From Planctomycetota bacterium (GTDB lineage Bacteria; Planctomycetota; Phycisphaerae; UBA1845), in NCBI GenBank assembly GCA_038043045.1, contig JBBTCX010000166.1:1-58871 (forward strand): 58,871 nt of DNA, given 5' to 3'. Of the stretch, positions 10,106 through 20,013 are shown piece by piece. A program made the position numbers and the translations under genes. The notes beneath the pieces were generated by a model that searched no databases, was not told where the DNA came from, and saw nothing but the letters and a program-made list of their open reading frames with translations. Numbering within the stretch: position 1 is the stretch's first letter; each line of letters begins with the position of its first letter.

Positions 10106-11409
10106 ACGAAATCCTGGCCTTGATGGGCAAAGACCTGAAGATTCTCATGCGCGACAAGGTGGGATTCTTTTTTGCGTTTGGATTTCCGCTGATCTACTGC
10201 GTTTTCTTCGGCAGTATTTTCGGTGGCGGAGGTGACGACAGTTCCAATGCCATCAGCGTGGTCGTCGTGGATGAGGACAAGACCGCCGGATCACAACAAT
10301 TCGTGGAGTCGTTGACCAAGACCACGGAACTTGAGATTCAGTCGGCTGATCGGGAAGAGGCCGAGAAGCTGGTCCGGTTGGGCAAGAAGGTTGCCTATGT
10401 TCGAATTCCCAAGGGATTCGGCGAAGCCAGGGAGCGGATGTTCTGGGGTGAGCCGGCCAAGCTGGAGACGGGACTCGATCCCTCCCGGAAGGCAGAGGCG
10501 GGGATGTTGCAGGGACTGCTCTTCCGCACCGGTTTCGAATCCATGCAGGAGATGTTCACAAATCCAGGAAAGATGCGGTCGCGCATTGACGGCTGGCTCG
10601 CGTCGATAAGAGATGAAAAGGACATGAGTCCGGTTGCGCGATCAACGTTGCAAATGTTTCTTCCGGCGTTGAACAAATTTCTCCAGGACATGCCGAGTTC
10701 CGCAGGAAACGGCCAAGGAAACACGGCAACAGGCGACACAACATCCGGCGAAGGTTGGATGCCGTTAAAAATTGAAACCGTGAGCGTGACCCGTCAACGC
10801 GAGGGACCCAAGACCACATACGATATTTCTTTTCCGCAGGGAATGATCTGGGGCATTATGGGGTGTTCGGCGGCGTTTGGTATCTCGATGGTGGTGGAGA
10901 GAACCGGAGGAACGTTGATTCGACTGAGAATGGCCCCGATTTCTCGCGCAACCATTCTCGCGGGAAAAGCCGCCGCTTGCTTCTCTACTTTAATGGTCGC
11001 CCAAATCGCATTGATCAGTATCGGCATGGGCGTTTTCCATATTCGCCCGGATTCGTTTCCTCTGTTGATACTCGCTTTTTTTTGCATCGCCATCGCGTTT
11101 GTCGGGATCATGATGCTGCTGTCGGTTCTGGGAAAAACGGAGCAGTCGGCCGGGGGGATCGGCTGGTCGATTCTCGTCATCATGTCCATGATCGGCGGCG
11201 GAATGATCCCACAGTTCTTCATGCCCAAATGGTTGCAGACCATCAACGTCATCAGCCCTGTGAAATGGGCGGTGATGGCCATGGACGGAGCCATCTGGCG
11301 CGGATATTCATTTCAAGAAATGCTGACCCCCGCGCTGGTTCTTGTGGGGTTTGGCGTGGTTTGTTTTCTCTTCGGTTGCCGCGCATTTCGGTGGACGCAA
11401 GAGGGCTGA
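10102..11409 (+). CDS. ABC-2 type exporter permease
   Basis: One N-terminal TM, a large soluble loop, then five hydrophobic segments with ERTGGTLIRLRMAP and ISPVKWAV. Start overlaps the ATPase stop (ATGA). Confidence 0.9.
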   Translation: MNEILALMGKDLKILMRDKVGFFFAFGFPLIYCVFFGSIFGGGGDDSSNAISVVVVDEDKTAGSQQFVESLTKTTELEIQSADREEAEKLVRLGKKVAYVRIPKGFGEARERMFWGEPAKLETGLDPSRKAEAGMLQGLLFRTGFESMQEMFTNPGKMRSRIDGWLASIRDEKDMSPVARSTLQMFLPALNKFLQDMPSSAGNGQGNTATGDTTSGEGWMPLKIETVSVTRQREGPKTTYDISFPQGMIWGIMGCSAAFGISMVVERTGGTLIRLRMAPISRATILAGKAAACFSTLMVAQIALISIGMGVFHIRPDSFPLLILAFFCIAIAFVGIMMLLSVLGKTEQSAGGIGWSILVIMSMIGGGMIPQFFMPKWLQTINVISPVKWAVMAMDGAIWRGYSFQEMLTPALVLVGFGVVCFLFGCRAFRWTQEG

Positions 11410-11553
11410 CATCGCCACCCTCTTATTCCTGTTCGGAGTAGAGATTCTTATCAGTGTCATTGTCTGGCACGCCCAGGGTGAAGACATAATCGTTTGCTTT
11501 TGGATCGAAAAGCTCGCGGGCGGGAACGGCGTGGGTTATGATCTTCGGGAGAA

Positions 11554-12642
11554 ATGAGTTTGCGAGTGGTTCATGTTGTGGAGTCGATGGAGCCTGCGGC
11601 CGGGAGGCTTGGGGTTCTCATGGGTGGACTTGTCGACGCGCTGAGATCCAATGGGCTTGAAACCGTCGTTGTAAATGAGCTAATCGACGTGGCGGCCTCA
11701 AGTTCAACTCCGTCGCCGGATGTGATCCATATTCACGGATGGGGGTTTAGCGGGGCCAAAGCAGCGGCGAGAGAGGCGCAAAGGAACAGGATTCCGTACG
11801 TTGTATCGCCGCTGGGAGATTTGGATGATCGATCGGTGGGGCGGTCCAGTTGGTGGGAGAGATTGCGTCGATGGCGTGTGGATCGACCGCTGTTGAAATC
11901 TGCGGCGGCAATCACGGCGTTGAATGAAACAGAGGCCGCTGGATTACGAAAGCAAGTCGAAGCTGAACGTGTGGTGACACTTCCGTTTGGAATTTCGGTC
12001 GGAGACTACGGCGAATCTCCGGAAAAAGAACTGGCTCTGTCTTCGCAGATCTCTCTAAAAGAACAAAAGAGTGGTGTCGCGGCGAATTCCGAGGGTCGAA
12101 CAATTCTTTTGCTTGGTCCGATTGAACCATCGGAGGGCTGTGTTCAGCTTCTGAAGGCCATGGCGGAGTTGGGTCCGGTGGCGGATGGCTGGACGGTTGC
12201 GCTGGCGGGGGAAGAAGTAGGAGCGTATCGAAACATGCTCGAAGCCGCCGTTCGCCGAAAAGGGGCTTCCACGCGGGTGGAGTTTTCGACGGCAGCGGAT
12301 GTTGCGGCACAACGACAATGGCTGGCAAAAGCGTCGCTGGTCATTTCACCGAGCTTGCGGGTGCGGTTGCCGGTATCGATGATGCAGGCCTTAGCGGCGA
12401 GTATTCCGGTGTTGGCTTCGAACTTGTTGATTCCGCCGGGATTGGAATCGAAAATTGCCGCGTTTGATTCGAGTCGATCCGAGTTACGGTCGGCGTTGCA
12501 GGCCATGATGAATCAATCGGATGTAGATCGCCGGGCGAACGCCATGCAAACAAGCAAGAAGGCGCGAACGATCATCGATTGGAGCGCTCGCGTTGAAGCG
12601 TTCATTTCTTTGTATTCGAAGTTGGCGAGACGATCTGCATGA
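11554..12642 (+). CDS. GT4-fold glycosyltransferase-like protein with a degenerate E-X7-E motif
   Basis: DVIHIHGW, IPYVVSPLG and LLLGPIEPSEG. SPSLRVRLPVSMMQALAASIPVLAS occupies the position of PSxxEgFgxxxxEAmAxgxPV. Confidence 0.75.
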   Translation: MSLRVVHVVESMEPAAGRLGVLMGGLVDALRSNGLETVVVNELIDVAASSSTPSPDVIHIHGWGFSGAKAAAREAQRNRIPYVVSPLGDLDDRSVGRSSWWERLRRWRVDRPLLKSAAAITALNETEAAGLRKQVEAERVVTLPFGISVGDYGESPEKELALSSQISLKEQKSGVAANSEGRTILLLGPIEPSEGCVQLLKAMAELGPVADGWTVALAGEEVGAYRNMLEAAVRRKGASTRVEFSTAADVAAQRQWLAKASLVISPSLRVRLPVSMMQALAASIPVLASNLLIPPGLESKIAAFDSSRSELRSALQAMMNQSDVDRRANAMQTSKKARTIIDWSARVEAFISLYSKLARRSA

Positions 12643-14792
12643 ACGTTGAAGTGTTGTCCGCGAGTGAGGAGCATCGAGCCCCGAGTCGACCCTTTCGCTT
12701 GAGAGACTTTCGCCGGGTCGTTGCGCTCGCTTGGCCTTATCGAAAAACCCTGGCGGTGGGACTTCTTTTCACCGTGCTCTTCGCGGGACTTCACACGGCC
12801 AGCATCAGTGGGGCGTTTCCGGTGTTCAAAATTCTGTTGGAACCGGAAGGGCTTCGAAGCTGGGCTGATCGGTTTGTGGCGGAGGAAAGGCTGGGGATCG
12901 AGTTTGCGCCGGTGACAAACGACGCCAACTTGCGCGTGGTGAGGATTCATCGTCGTGCGTCAGGTTTCCCCGAGTCGCTTTCGACAGGCGTCGACGTGGC
13001 CGACGCAAACGGAGAATCCTCAGCGGAGTGGTTGCGCGATTTGGCCGACGCGCCGAGCGGTGCGACGGCTTCCCTGGCGGTTGACCCCGGCGGCGTAAGG
13101 CAATTCGCTGCGGTCACTCTCACCGATTCGGAATGGTCTCATCGCTTGCTTCGGCGGATTATTGCGTTTGTGGCCACGGATGATGAAAGCCAAAAGATTC
13201 GAACGCTCTTGTATGTATTGGTCGCGGTGGTGGTGGCTACGATTGCCGCGAATACCTTTCGATATTTCGGCGAGGTATTGATCGCAAAGTCCGTCTTGCA
13301 AGGGATGATGGACCTTCGGGATCAATTGTACGAACGGACGTTGGGATTGCCTCTGTCTTTTTTTTCCGGCACGTCGACGGCGGACGTGGTGACGCGATTC
13401 GTTCAGGATGTCCAAGAAATCCAGCGTGGATTGATCACCCTGTTTGGAAAATTTGTACGAGAGCCCCTACGTGCGATGTTCTTGTTGACCGGGGCTTTGA
13501 TTCTGGATTGGCGGATCACGTTGGTGGCGGCCCTTGGAGCCCCCGTGGCAGTTGCGATTTTTTGGTGGGTGGGAAGAAGTGTCAAGTCGGCCAATCGAAA
13601 ACTGCTTCAAGCTTACGGACAAATGATCGACGCGCTGACGACGACGCTTCAGAACTTGCGGGTGGTCAAAGCCTACACCGCCGAAAAACAGGAGCAAATA
13701 CGTCTGGATACCGTCGATCGGAGCATGTTTCAGCAGCAACTCAAGCTGGCGAAGTTGGATGCGTTTGTCAGTCCGATGATGGAAGGCGTTGCGGTTTTGG
13801 CCGGTAGCTGTTTGGTGATTTGGTTGCTAAGCCAGGTGTTGGACCATCGATTATCGGTATCCAAGTTTGCGACGTTGGGGTTGACGTTGTCAGTTCTTTT
13901 CGATCCGCTTCGAAAAATGAGCGACGTGTGGGTGCGGATTCAGCGGGCGGTGGCGGCGGCGGAGCGAATCTATCAAGTGATCGATCATCCCATCGAAGCG
14001 CAGGGAGATCGAGAAGCGTTGGAAATCGGCACCCTTGAGCAAGCGATCGAGTATCGCCAGGTCACCTTCACCTATCCTAACGCCGAGCGACCCGCTCTTT
14101 CGGAAATCAACCTTCGCATCGCCAAAGGGGAAACGGTTGCGCTCGTCGGTCCAAACGGTTCGGGAAAAACCACGCTCGCCAGTTTGTTACCCAGATTGTA
14201 TGACCCGACTTCGGGTTGCGTGGAAATCGATGGAACGGACTTGCGACGAGTTTCGTTGAAGAGTTTGCGACGGCAGATCGGGTTGGTGACACAAGATGCC
14301 ATCGTTTTCGCGGGCACCCCGACGGAGAACATCACTTACGGCTCGAACCAACCGGCTGAAACCGTCAAAGGTCGAGTGGAGGAGGCCGCCCGTCGATCTT
14401 TTGCCGATGAGTTCATTCGTGCATTACCCGGCGGCTACACTTCACGCTTGGGAGAGCGAGGTAGCACCCTATCCGGAGGACAGCGACAACGCCTGGCGAT
14501 CGCACGAGCGGTCTATCGCGATGCACCCATTCTCATCTTCGATGAAGCCACAAGCCAGATTGATTCGGAATCGGAAGTAAAAATTCAAACCGCGCTAAGA
14601 GAATTCGCCAAAGGCCGAACGACGATCATCATCGCCCATCGACTCAGTACCATTCAATTCGCCGATCGCATCGTGATTATGGACGCCGGTCGGATCATTG
14701 ATCAAGGCGCGCATTCCGTCCTCTTCGCCCGTTGCCCGCTCTATCGAACCCTGTGCGAGACGCAGCTCATTTCCTCTAGTGCCACGTCATGA
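12639..14792 (+). CDS. ABC exporter, fused TMD-NBD (MsbA-like)
   Basis: Six-TM region, then GPNGSGKT, LSGGQRQR, ILIFDEATS and IAHRLSTI. An insertion of about 100 aa lies between TM1 and TM2. Confidence 0.9.
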   Translation: MNVEVLSASEEHRAPSRPFRLRDFRRVVALAWPYRKTLAVGLLFTVLFAGLHTASISGAFPVFKILLEPEGLRSWADRFVAEERLGIEFAPVTNDANLRVVRIHRRASGFPESLSTGVDVADANGESSAEWLRDLADAPSGATASLAVDPGGVRQFAAVTLTDSEWSHRLLRRIIAFVATDDESQKIRTLLYVLVAVVVATIAANTFRYFGEVLIAKSVLQGMMDLRDQLYERTLGLPLSFFSGTSTADVVTRFVQDVQEIQRGLITLFGKFVREPLRAMFLLTGALILDWRITLVAALGAPVAVAIFWWVGRSVKSANRKLLQAYGQMIDALTTTLQNLRVVKAYTAEKQEQIRLDTVDRSMFQQQLKLAKLDAFVSPMMEGVAVLAGSCLVIWLLSQVLDHRLSVSKFATLGLTLSVLFDPLRKMSDVWVRIQRAVAAAERIYQVIDHPIEAQGDREALEIGTLEQAIEYRQVTFTYPNAERPALSEINLRIAKGETVALVGPNGSGKTTLASLLPRLYDPTSGCVEIDGTDLRRVSLKSLRRQIGLVTQDAIVFAGTPTENITYGSNQPAETVKGRVEEAARRSFADEFIRALPGGYTSRLGERGSTLSGGQRQRLAIARAVYRDAPILIFDEATSQIDSESEVKIQTALREFAKGRTTIIIAHRLSTIQFADRIVIMDAGRIIDQGAHSVLFARCPLYRTLCETQLISSSATS

Positions 14793-15662
14793 CCCTCTTG
14801 TGCTGACGTACCCGATCAGTTTGTACGCCAACCGCGCCGCCAAAAACTCCGTGACCGCCTGACCGGGGATGGGCATGACTTCGACGATATCAGCCCCGAC
14901 GATGTTCTTTTCCGCCGCAACCAACTGAAGGAGACCCGTAACCCCGTACCAATCCAGCCCCCCGGGTTCCGGAGTGCCGGTTCCCGGTGCATAGGCAGGA
15001 TCGAATCCGTCGATATCAATGGTGACATACACCGTGTCACCCAAGGCGTTCAGCACGCGGTCCACCCAATCATCATTCATGTGGCAGTCACGGGCACTCA
15101 CGACATGGATTTTCGCCTTCTTGATGAAGCGATGTTCCTCGGCGCACACATTGCGAATCCCCACCGGCACGATCGACGCACCCAGATCGAGAATCCGTCG
15201 CATCACGCACGCATGGGAATACGGCGTTCCCTCATAGGAATCTCGCAAATCGCAATGCGCATCAATTTGGAGCACGGACAGCTTTCGATGTCGGGTCATC
15301 ACCGCCCGGACCAACGCGGTACTAATGCTGTGTTCGCCACCCAATCCAAACAAAAATTTTCCGTCGCGCACGATCTTCTTGGCGATCGCAAACAAATCCC
15401 CGTGCATCGCCTCCGGACCGGCCATGTTCGGCATGACCGGGTTCAGCGTCGCGATGCCGGCCTTGTACGGTTCCGCCTCCAGCTCGTCATCGTACAACTC
15501 CACCTGCCGCGACGCTTCCAAAATCGCTGCCGGACCATTCCGCGTGCCGGCCTGAAAACTCGTCGTGGCGTCATACGGAACCGGCAACATCGCAAACGCC
15601 GCGGTCTTGTATTCGCTATCGCGTGCTTCCAACCCTAAAAAATTCTGTGGCAGTGTGGGCAT
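14787..15662 (-). CDS. speB: Agmatinase (ureohydrolase family)
   Basis: GGEHSIS, QIDAHCDLRD, YVTIDIDGFDP and GTGTPEPGG motifs. Start moved to ATG 15662 (MPTLPQNFLGLE). Confidence 0.92.
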   Translation of the reverse strand: MPTLPQNFLGLEARDSEYKTAAFAMLPVPYDATTSFQAGTRNGPAAILEASRQVELYDDELEAEPYKAGIATLNPVMPNMAGPEAMHGDLFAIAKKIVRDGKFLFGLGGEHSISTALVRAVMTRHRKLSVLQIDAHCDLRDSYEGTPYSHACVMRRILDLGASIVPVGIRNVCAEEHRFIKKAKIHVVSARDCHMNDDWVDRVLNALGDTVYVTIDIDGFDPAYAPGTGTPEPGGLDWYGVTGLLQLVAAEKNIVGADIVEVMPIPGQAVTEFLAARLAYKLIGYVSTRGS

Positions 15663-15789
15663 GGTTTCTCTTTTCTGATGCACTTCCGATTTCGGCGTAC
15701 CTCTGGGAAACAAACCACCCTATTCACCATCCGTGTGGATCGTGAATAGGGTGAGTTTTCAGAATTCAATCACCGTTGCCGATATTATC

Positions 15790-18700
15790 CTACGGACAAG
15801 GCGGCGGACAGATCAGGAAATACGAATTGCCGGAAATGGCCTCCAGCAAGCCCAGCAAATCGTCCACGTCGATAACCCCGTCCGGATCGCAGTTCAACAA
15901 ATCCACGGCCGGCTGCGGCACTACGAGGAAGTTGCCCGCGAAACCCTCCAACAAAATCACTAGATCGTCGACATCCACCACGCCTGTGTCGTCGATGTCG
16001 CCCCATTCGTTCATTTGTACGGAAACCTCGACGGACAAGCCCGGGCCACAAAGCGTCATCACGCCGTATTGTGCTCCGGGAATTAGCGCTTCGCCATGTA
16101 CATCAACGCTTCCCCAAACCGACGGCAGGGCAAAGACCGGCGCTAAATCCAGCGATCCATCCGGTTGCACGAACTGCAAAACGCAAGCGACGTTTGGATC
16201 GCCCGCATCTCCGATAACCAAAAGCGCGACCGGCGCCAGCGCGGCCGCGGGCGTGATGTTGAGGTATCGCGGACCGTTGACCACCACTACCGGTGGATCA
16301 CAAATCAGCGGAATACACTCATCGTTCACCTCATCACAGGATTCGCCCGGACAAGGATCGCCGCTCGATTGGCAACCCAAGGTGACACTGCATGTCTCCG
16401 TACCCGTGCAGAACAAGCCGTCATCACACAGGGCGTCATTGGGGACATGATCGCAGGTGTCCGTCCCTTCATTACAGCTATCGGCCGTGCATGCGATGCC
16501 GTCATCGCAATTCACCGGTGTCCCACCCTGACATCCGAGTGTCGCGCTGCACGTCTCAATACCGTCGCAATATACGCCATTGCTGCAGGCGGCGTCATTA
16601 GGGAGGTGCACAATTACGTCATTCAACTCATCGCAGGTATCGACCGTGCAGGCGACTCCGTCATCCAACACCGGCGGCGTACCCGGCTGACAATTGGAAG
16701 CCACGCACGTTTCCGCCCCGTTGCAGAACGCCCCGTCGTCACAATCCGCGTCGATATTGCAAAAATCATTGGCACGAACGGAGAAATCATCCACCGCCGC
16801 CTCGATCAAGTTTCCGACCGCCGTACCATCGCTCGCACCGAAGCGAATCCGCATGGTCGAAGTCAAACTGATGAAATCATGGAGCGCCACAGTGCGCGGT
16901 GCCCAAATTTGTGCACTTTGTCCCGTACCGAGTGTCTCCAAACTGACCCAGTTCGCGCCGCCGTTGGATGACGCTTCGACGACAAAAAAGTCATCCACGT
17001 CAATTCCTCGATCTCGATTGTGGAACCATCGAACATAATTCAACTCTGCCCGAATCCGCGAACCCAAATTGATATTCGGCGAGACCAAATACGTCACCCC
17101 GCCATCCACGTCATCCACCGCCGGTGTCGAGTTTTGCGCGGTGAATGCACACCCCGCTCCGGCATTCGGCGTGTCGGGTTGCGCTTGACCAACAGTACCC
17201 CGCGTGCCATTCGGATCACCGAATATCCACGTTCCCGTAATGGCCGTGCTCCCGGCCCCGGATAACGTCCACCCTTGTCCATTGCCCGCGTCATAGTTTT
17301 CGCTGAAGATCGTATCACAGCGATCCGTTCCCGCCTGACACACGCCACCGACGCACGTTTCCGCGCCGTTGCAATATCGACCGTCGTCACAATCGCCGTT
17401 CGAATCGCAGGTACACGTGTAGATCGAAAGATCATCCACGTACCAACCGACGACCCCCGTGCATCCGTCCTTGCTCAAATCAAACCGGATTTGAACCGTC
17501 TGACCGCCGGTAACGAACCCGCTTAGGTCGATCAACGTCGTTCCCCATACTCCGCCCGCCCCGCACCACGATGGCTCACTGGCCTTGGGATTGGTGCTCC
17601 CCTGAGCCGCCGCAACCAGGGCCATGTTATACGGATTGTACAAAAACGCGGTCATGGGGACGTTCTGCCACGCACCGGCATTCACGCGAATTTGCATGGT
17701 TCCCGCATCAAACCCCGTTTCTGTCGCCAAGAAGTGGGTGAAGGACAAGGTCGGTCGGCTGAGAACAGCAGGCATTGCAATCACCGGACTAAACAGAGAG
17801 TGAACCGCGGATTCATCTTGTCCAGCACAATCACCAACTTCCGGGTCTGCCACGAACCAGGCCGTACCCGTTTGTCCAGCCACAAGATCGCTGGTCTGCA
17901 CCCAATCATAAGGCGTCGGCGGAGCGGTATTGGAAACTGTCCATCCATTCACGCCCCCTTCGAAATCATCCGCGAAAACGACGACCGGCGTATCGCATTG
18001 TACCGGCGGCGTCGGATTCAAATTATTCAAGTTCGACCCGCAGCGTCCGTCGGTATTCATTTCCACCGCGAGGAGCGCTTTATCCACTTCAAGTGCATCC
18101 GCCGCAGTAAACATGCTGGCCGACGGAAGACCGTCGCGCGGATCGTTCGGCGTGGTACCGATCAAATCCAAAGCGGCTTGGTTCAACGCATCATAGGCGT
18201 CCATGAAATCCGAAACTGGAGTAAGATAGACCGTCAATGCCCGATACCAAACCGCACCGGTCTTAATGGGTCCGATGGCGCTGACCGTGTACCCGTTAAA
18301 TGTTTTGCCGTCCGTCATGATCGCGTAGGCGTGGTTGGCGATTCCGCTGCCGCTATGCACGCCGCCGCTATCCGCCGAATTGCACGTTTGAAGAGGGCTG
18401 TTTGCTCGGTCTGGGTCGCCTTCGCACGGCGGATTCCACATATCTCGAATGGCTCCGCCAAACGCCGTGGCATCTTCCCCGACCAACCAACGCACTCCGT
18501 CCACGTGACCGGGACTATCGCTGCACGACGCCGTGCGACCGTTGTTCGGCGTATCCAATCCCGGCCCCGTAGGATGGGTCGGCCAACTCGGCAATCCTCC
18601 CGGCGTTCCCGGAAACGCCGCGTTGCCGTTAAACTGGTCGATCATTTCCCCAAAAATGTCTGAATACGCTTCATTGAGTTGTCCCGATTGGTTCTGATAG

Positions 18701-19743
18701 ATGAGACCGGCCGTCCGCTCAGTGACACCGTGTGTCATTTCGTGCGCAGTCACATCGTCCGTCACCGTGCCCAGGCAGAACACCATCTGCGTGCTGTTCC
18801 AAAACGCATTGGGACACGGCGGCGCGGTGGAATTCACCGTTAAAATGAGCGTCATACCACTGTCGTCGATGCTGTCCCGACCAAACGCCCGGAAGTAATA
18901 ATCATACGTATCGCCCGCATAGTCATACGCCCGGTTAGCATCTGCCGGACTCCCCACCGGCGGATCGCCCTCGTCGCGTATGAGCGCCCCCGGTAATGCC
19001 CCTCCACCCAATCCGTCATAAATCTCCCTCACCCGCGCCGTGTGAATCATGCTCCAACGATCCAAAACCGTTCCGGTTTGCGCATCCACGAAAAACGCCT
19101 CGCTCACCGGTACGGAAAGGTCCGTCAAAACCACGTGGTACGCCAGGTGCGCACCAATCGGCGGATCGCCATACCAACCCGGATCCACGATGACAAGTTC
19201 CGACTTCTCCACCCGGGGTTGCCCGACGCCAAGAGCGGTACGCGCGCCCGCGACGGCCGCATCCGCCGTGAGTCGCGGAGTGGTCAGCAGCTTCGCCGGA
19301 ATCGGATAAAAGTCCCCGTTGGCCGCTGTTACCTGCCCGATCGAATCTTGATGGACCTTCAACATGCCGGAAAACACCGGTATGTCGTCGTGCATCTGTT
19401 GATACGTGGTCGTCAATCGGCCGAGGGCGTCCGGCGCGACCTTGGTGAATTGCAACTGGGTCTTAGGATCGGAAACGCCGAAGACGGAGCCGTTAGTCAG
19501 TAAAAATTCCATCGGGTCCTTGGATGCCGCGGCCACTCCGCCCTGCATCTCAACAAGAAGTGGACCGCCATCGTCGCGTGAGACAAACGACGCCAACCCC
19601 GTCACTTGAGAACGACGAATCTTGGTTTCGCCATTCACCGCCTGCCCGAGGGTTTCCTTCGTAACGACGGCAACCACACACATGGAAAGCGCCGTCGCCA
19701 ACCATCCTGCGCCGCCCTGAACAAACCGACGGGTTGAACTCAT
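15790..19743 (-). CDS. Secreted M4 (thermolysin-like) metallopeptidase with beta-sandwich modules, Cys-rich repeats and a dockerin-like tail
   Basis: Signal peptide, FTP/PepSY-like prodomain, NAFWNSTQMVFC, VTAHEMTHGV...QSGQLNEAYSD and DSGGVHSGSG. The C-terminus has WGDIDDTGVVDVDDL and DPDGVIDVDDL. Start at ATG 19743 is probable. Confidence 0.9.
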   Translation of the reverse strand: MSSTRRFVQGGAGWLATALSMCVVAVVTKETLGQAVNGETKIRRSQVTGLASFVSRDDGGPLLVEMQGGVAAASKDPMEFLLTNGSVFGVSDPKTQLQFTKVAPDALGRLTTTYQQMHDDIPVFSGMLKVHQDSIGQVTAANGDFYPIPAKLLTTPRLTADAAVAGARTALGVGQPRVEKSELVIVDPGWYGDPPIGAHLAYHVVLTDLSVPVSEAFFVDAQTGTVLDRWSMIHTARVREIYDGLGGGALPGALIRDEGDPPVGSPADANRAYDYAGDTYDYYFRAFGRDSIDDSGMTLILTVNSTAPPCPNAFWNSTQMVFCLGTVTDDVTAHEMTHGVTERTAGLIYQNQSGQLNEAYSDIFGEMIDQFNGNAAFPGTPGGLPSWPTHPTGPGLDTPNNGRTASCSDSPGHVDGVRWLVGEDATAFGGAIRDMWNPPCEGDPDRANSPLQTCNSADSGGVHSGSGIANHAYAIMTDGKTFNGYTVSAIGPIKTGAVWYRALTVYLTPVSDFMDAYDALNQAALDLIGTTPNDPRDGLPSASMFTAADALEVDKALLAVEMNTDGRCGSNLNNLNPTPPVQCDTPVVVFADDFEGGVNGWTVSNTAPPTPYDWVQTSDLVAGQTGTAWFVADPEVGDCAGQDESAVHSLFSPVIAMPAVLSRPTLSFTHFLATETGFDAGTMQIRVNAGAWQNVPMTAFLYNPYNMALVAAAQGSTNPKASEPSWCGAGGVWGTTLIDLSGFVTGGQTVQIRFDLSKDGCTGVVGWYVDDLSIYTCTCDSNGDCDDGRYCNGAETCVGGVCQAGTDRCDTIFSENYDAGNGQGWTLSGAGSTAITGTWIFGDPNGTRGTVGQAQPDTPNAGAGCAFTAQNSTPAVDDVDGGVTYLVSPNINLGSRIRAELNYVRWFHNRDRGIDVDDFFVVEASSNGGANWVSLETLGTGQSAQIWAPRTVALHDFISLTSTMRIRFGASDGTAVGNLIEAAVDDFSVRANDFCNIDADCDDGAFCNGAETCVASNCQPGTPPVLDDGVACTVDTCDELNDVIVHLPNDAACSNGVYCDGIETCSATLGCQGGTPVNCDDGIACTADSCNEGTDTCDHVPNDALCDDGLFCTGTETCSVTLGCQSSGDPCPGESCDEVNDECIPLICDPPVVVVNGPRYLNITPAAALAPVALLVIGDAGDPNVACVLQFVQPDGSLDLAPVFALPSVWGSVDVHGEALIPGAQYGVMTLCGPGLSVEVSVQMNEWGDIDDTGVVDVDDLVILLEGFAGNFLVVPQPAVDLLNCDPDGVIDVDDLLGLLEAISGNSYFLICPPPCP
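16314..16761 (-). repeat. Cys-rich protein repeats (CDDGxxCxGxETC / DDGxACTxDxC) inside the M4 gene
   Basis: CDDGAFCNGAETC, CSNGVYCDGIETC and CDDGLFCTGTETC alternate with DDGVACTVDTC and DDGIACTADSC. One more copy (CDDGRYCNGAETC) lies at about 17318-17415. Confidence 0.85.
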
Positions 19744-20013
19744 ATCACTACCCCAATTCAAACATACACCATCCGACGCCTTCGATTTGAAAAGCGTCCG
19801 AACCACTCGTCCGTTTAACTACGGAACGAAACAAAGATAGACAAAAACCGCTGTCAAAATCCCCCCGGAAGGATTGCAGAAGCGTACGGAAAAGTTCCGA
19901 TCACGCTTCCATGCGACTACGTTCGCGCGAAGTCCCGATTCCTCTCAGCCATTTCAAAGAGGAAAACGAGGCACCCCGAGCCTCATGCGCGTCTTTACAA
20001 CTTAGAATGATAG

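Noticed and set aside
16165-19609. Long plus-strand ORFs opposite the M4 gene (e.g. 17692-18663, 16165-16971)
   Set aside because: Antisense shadows expected in GC-rich coding DNA.
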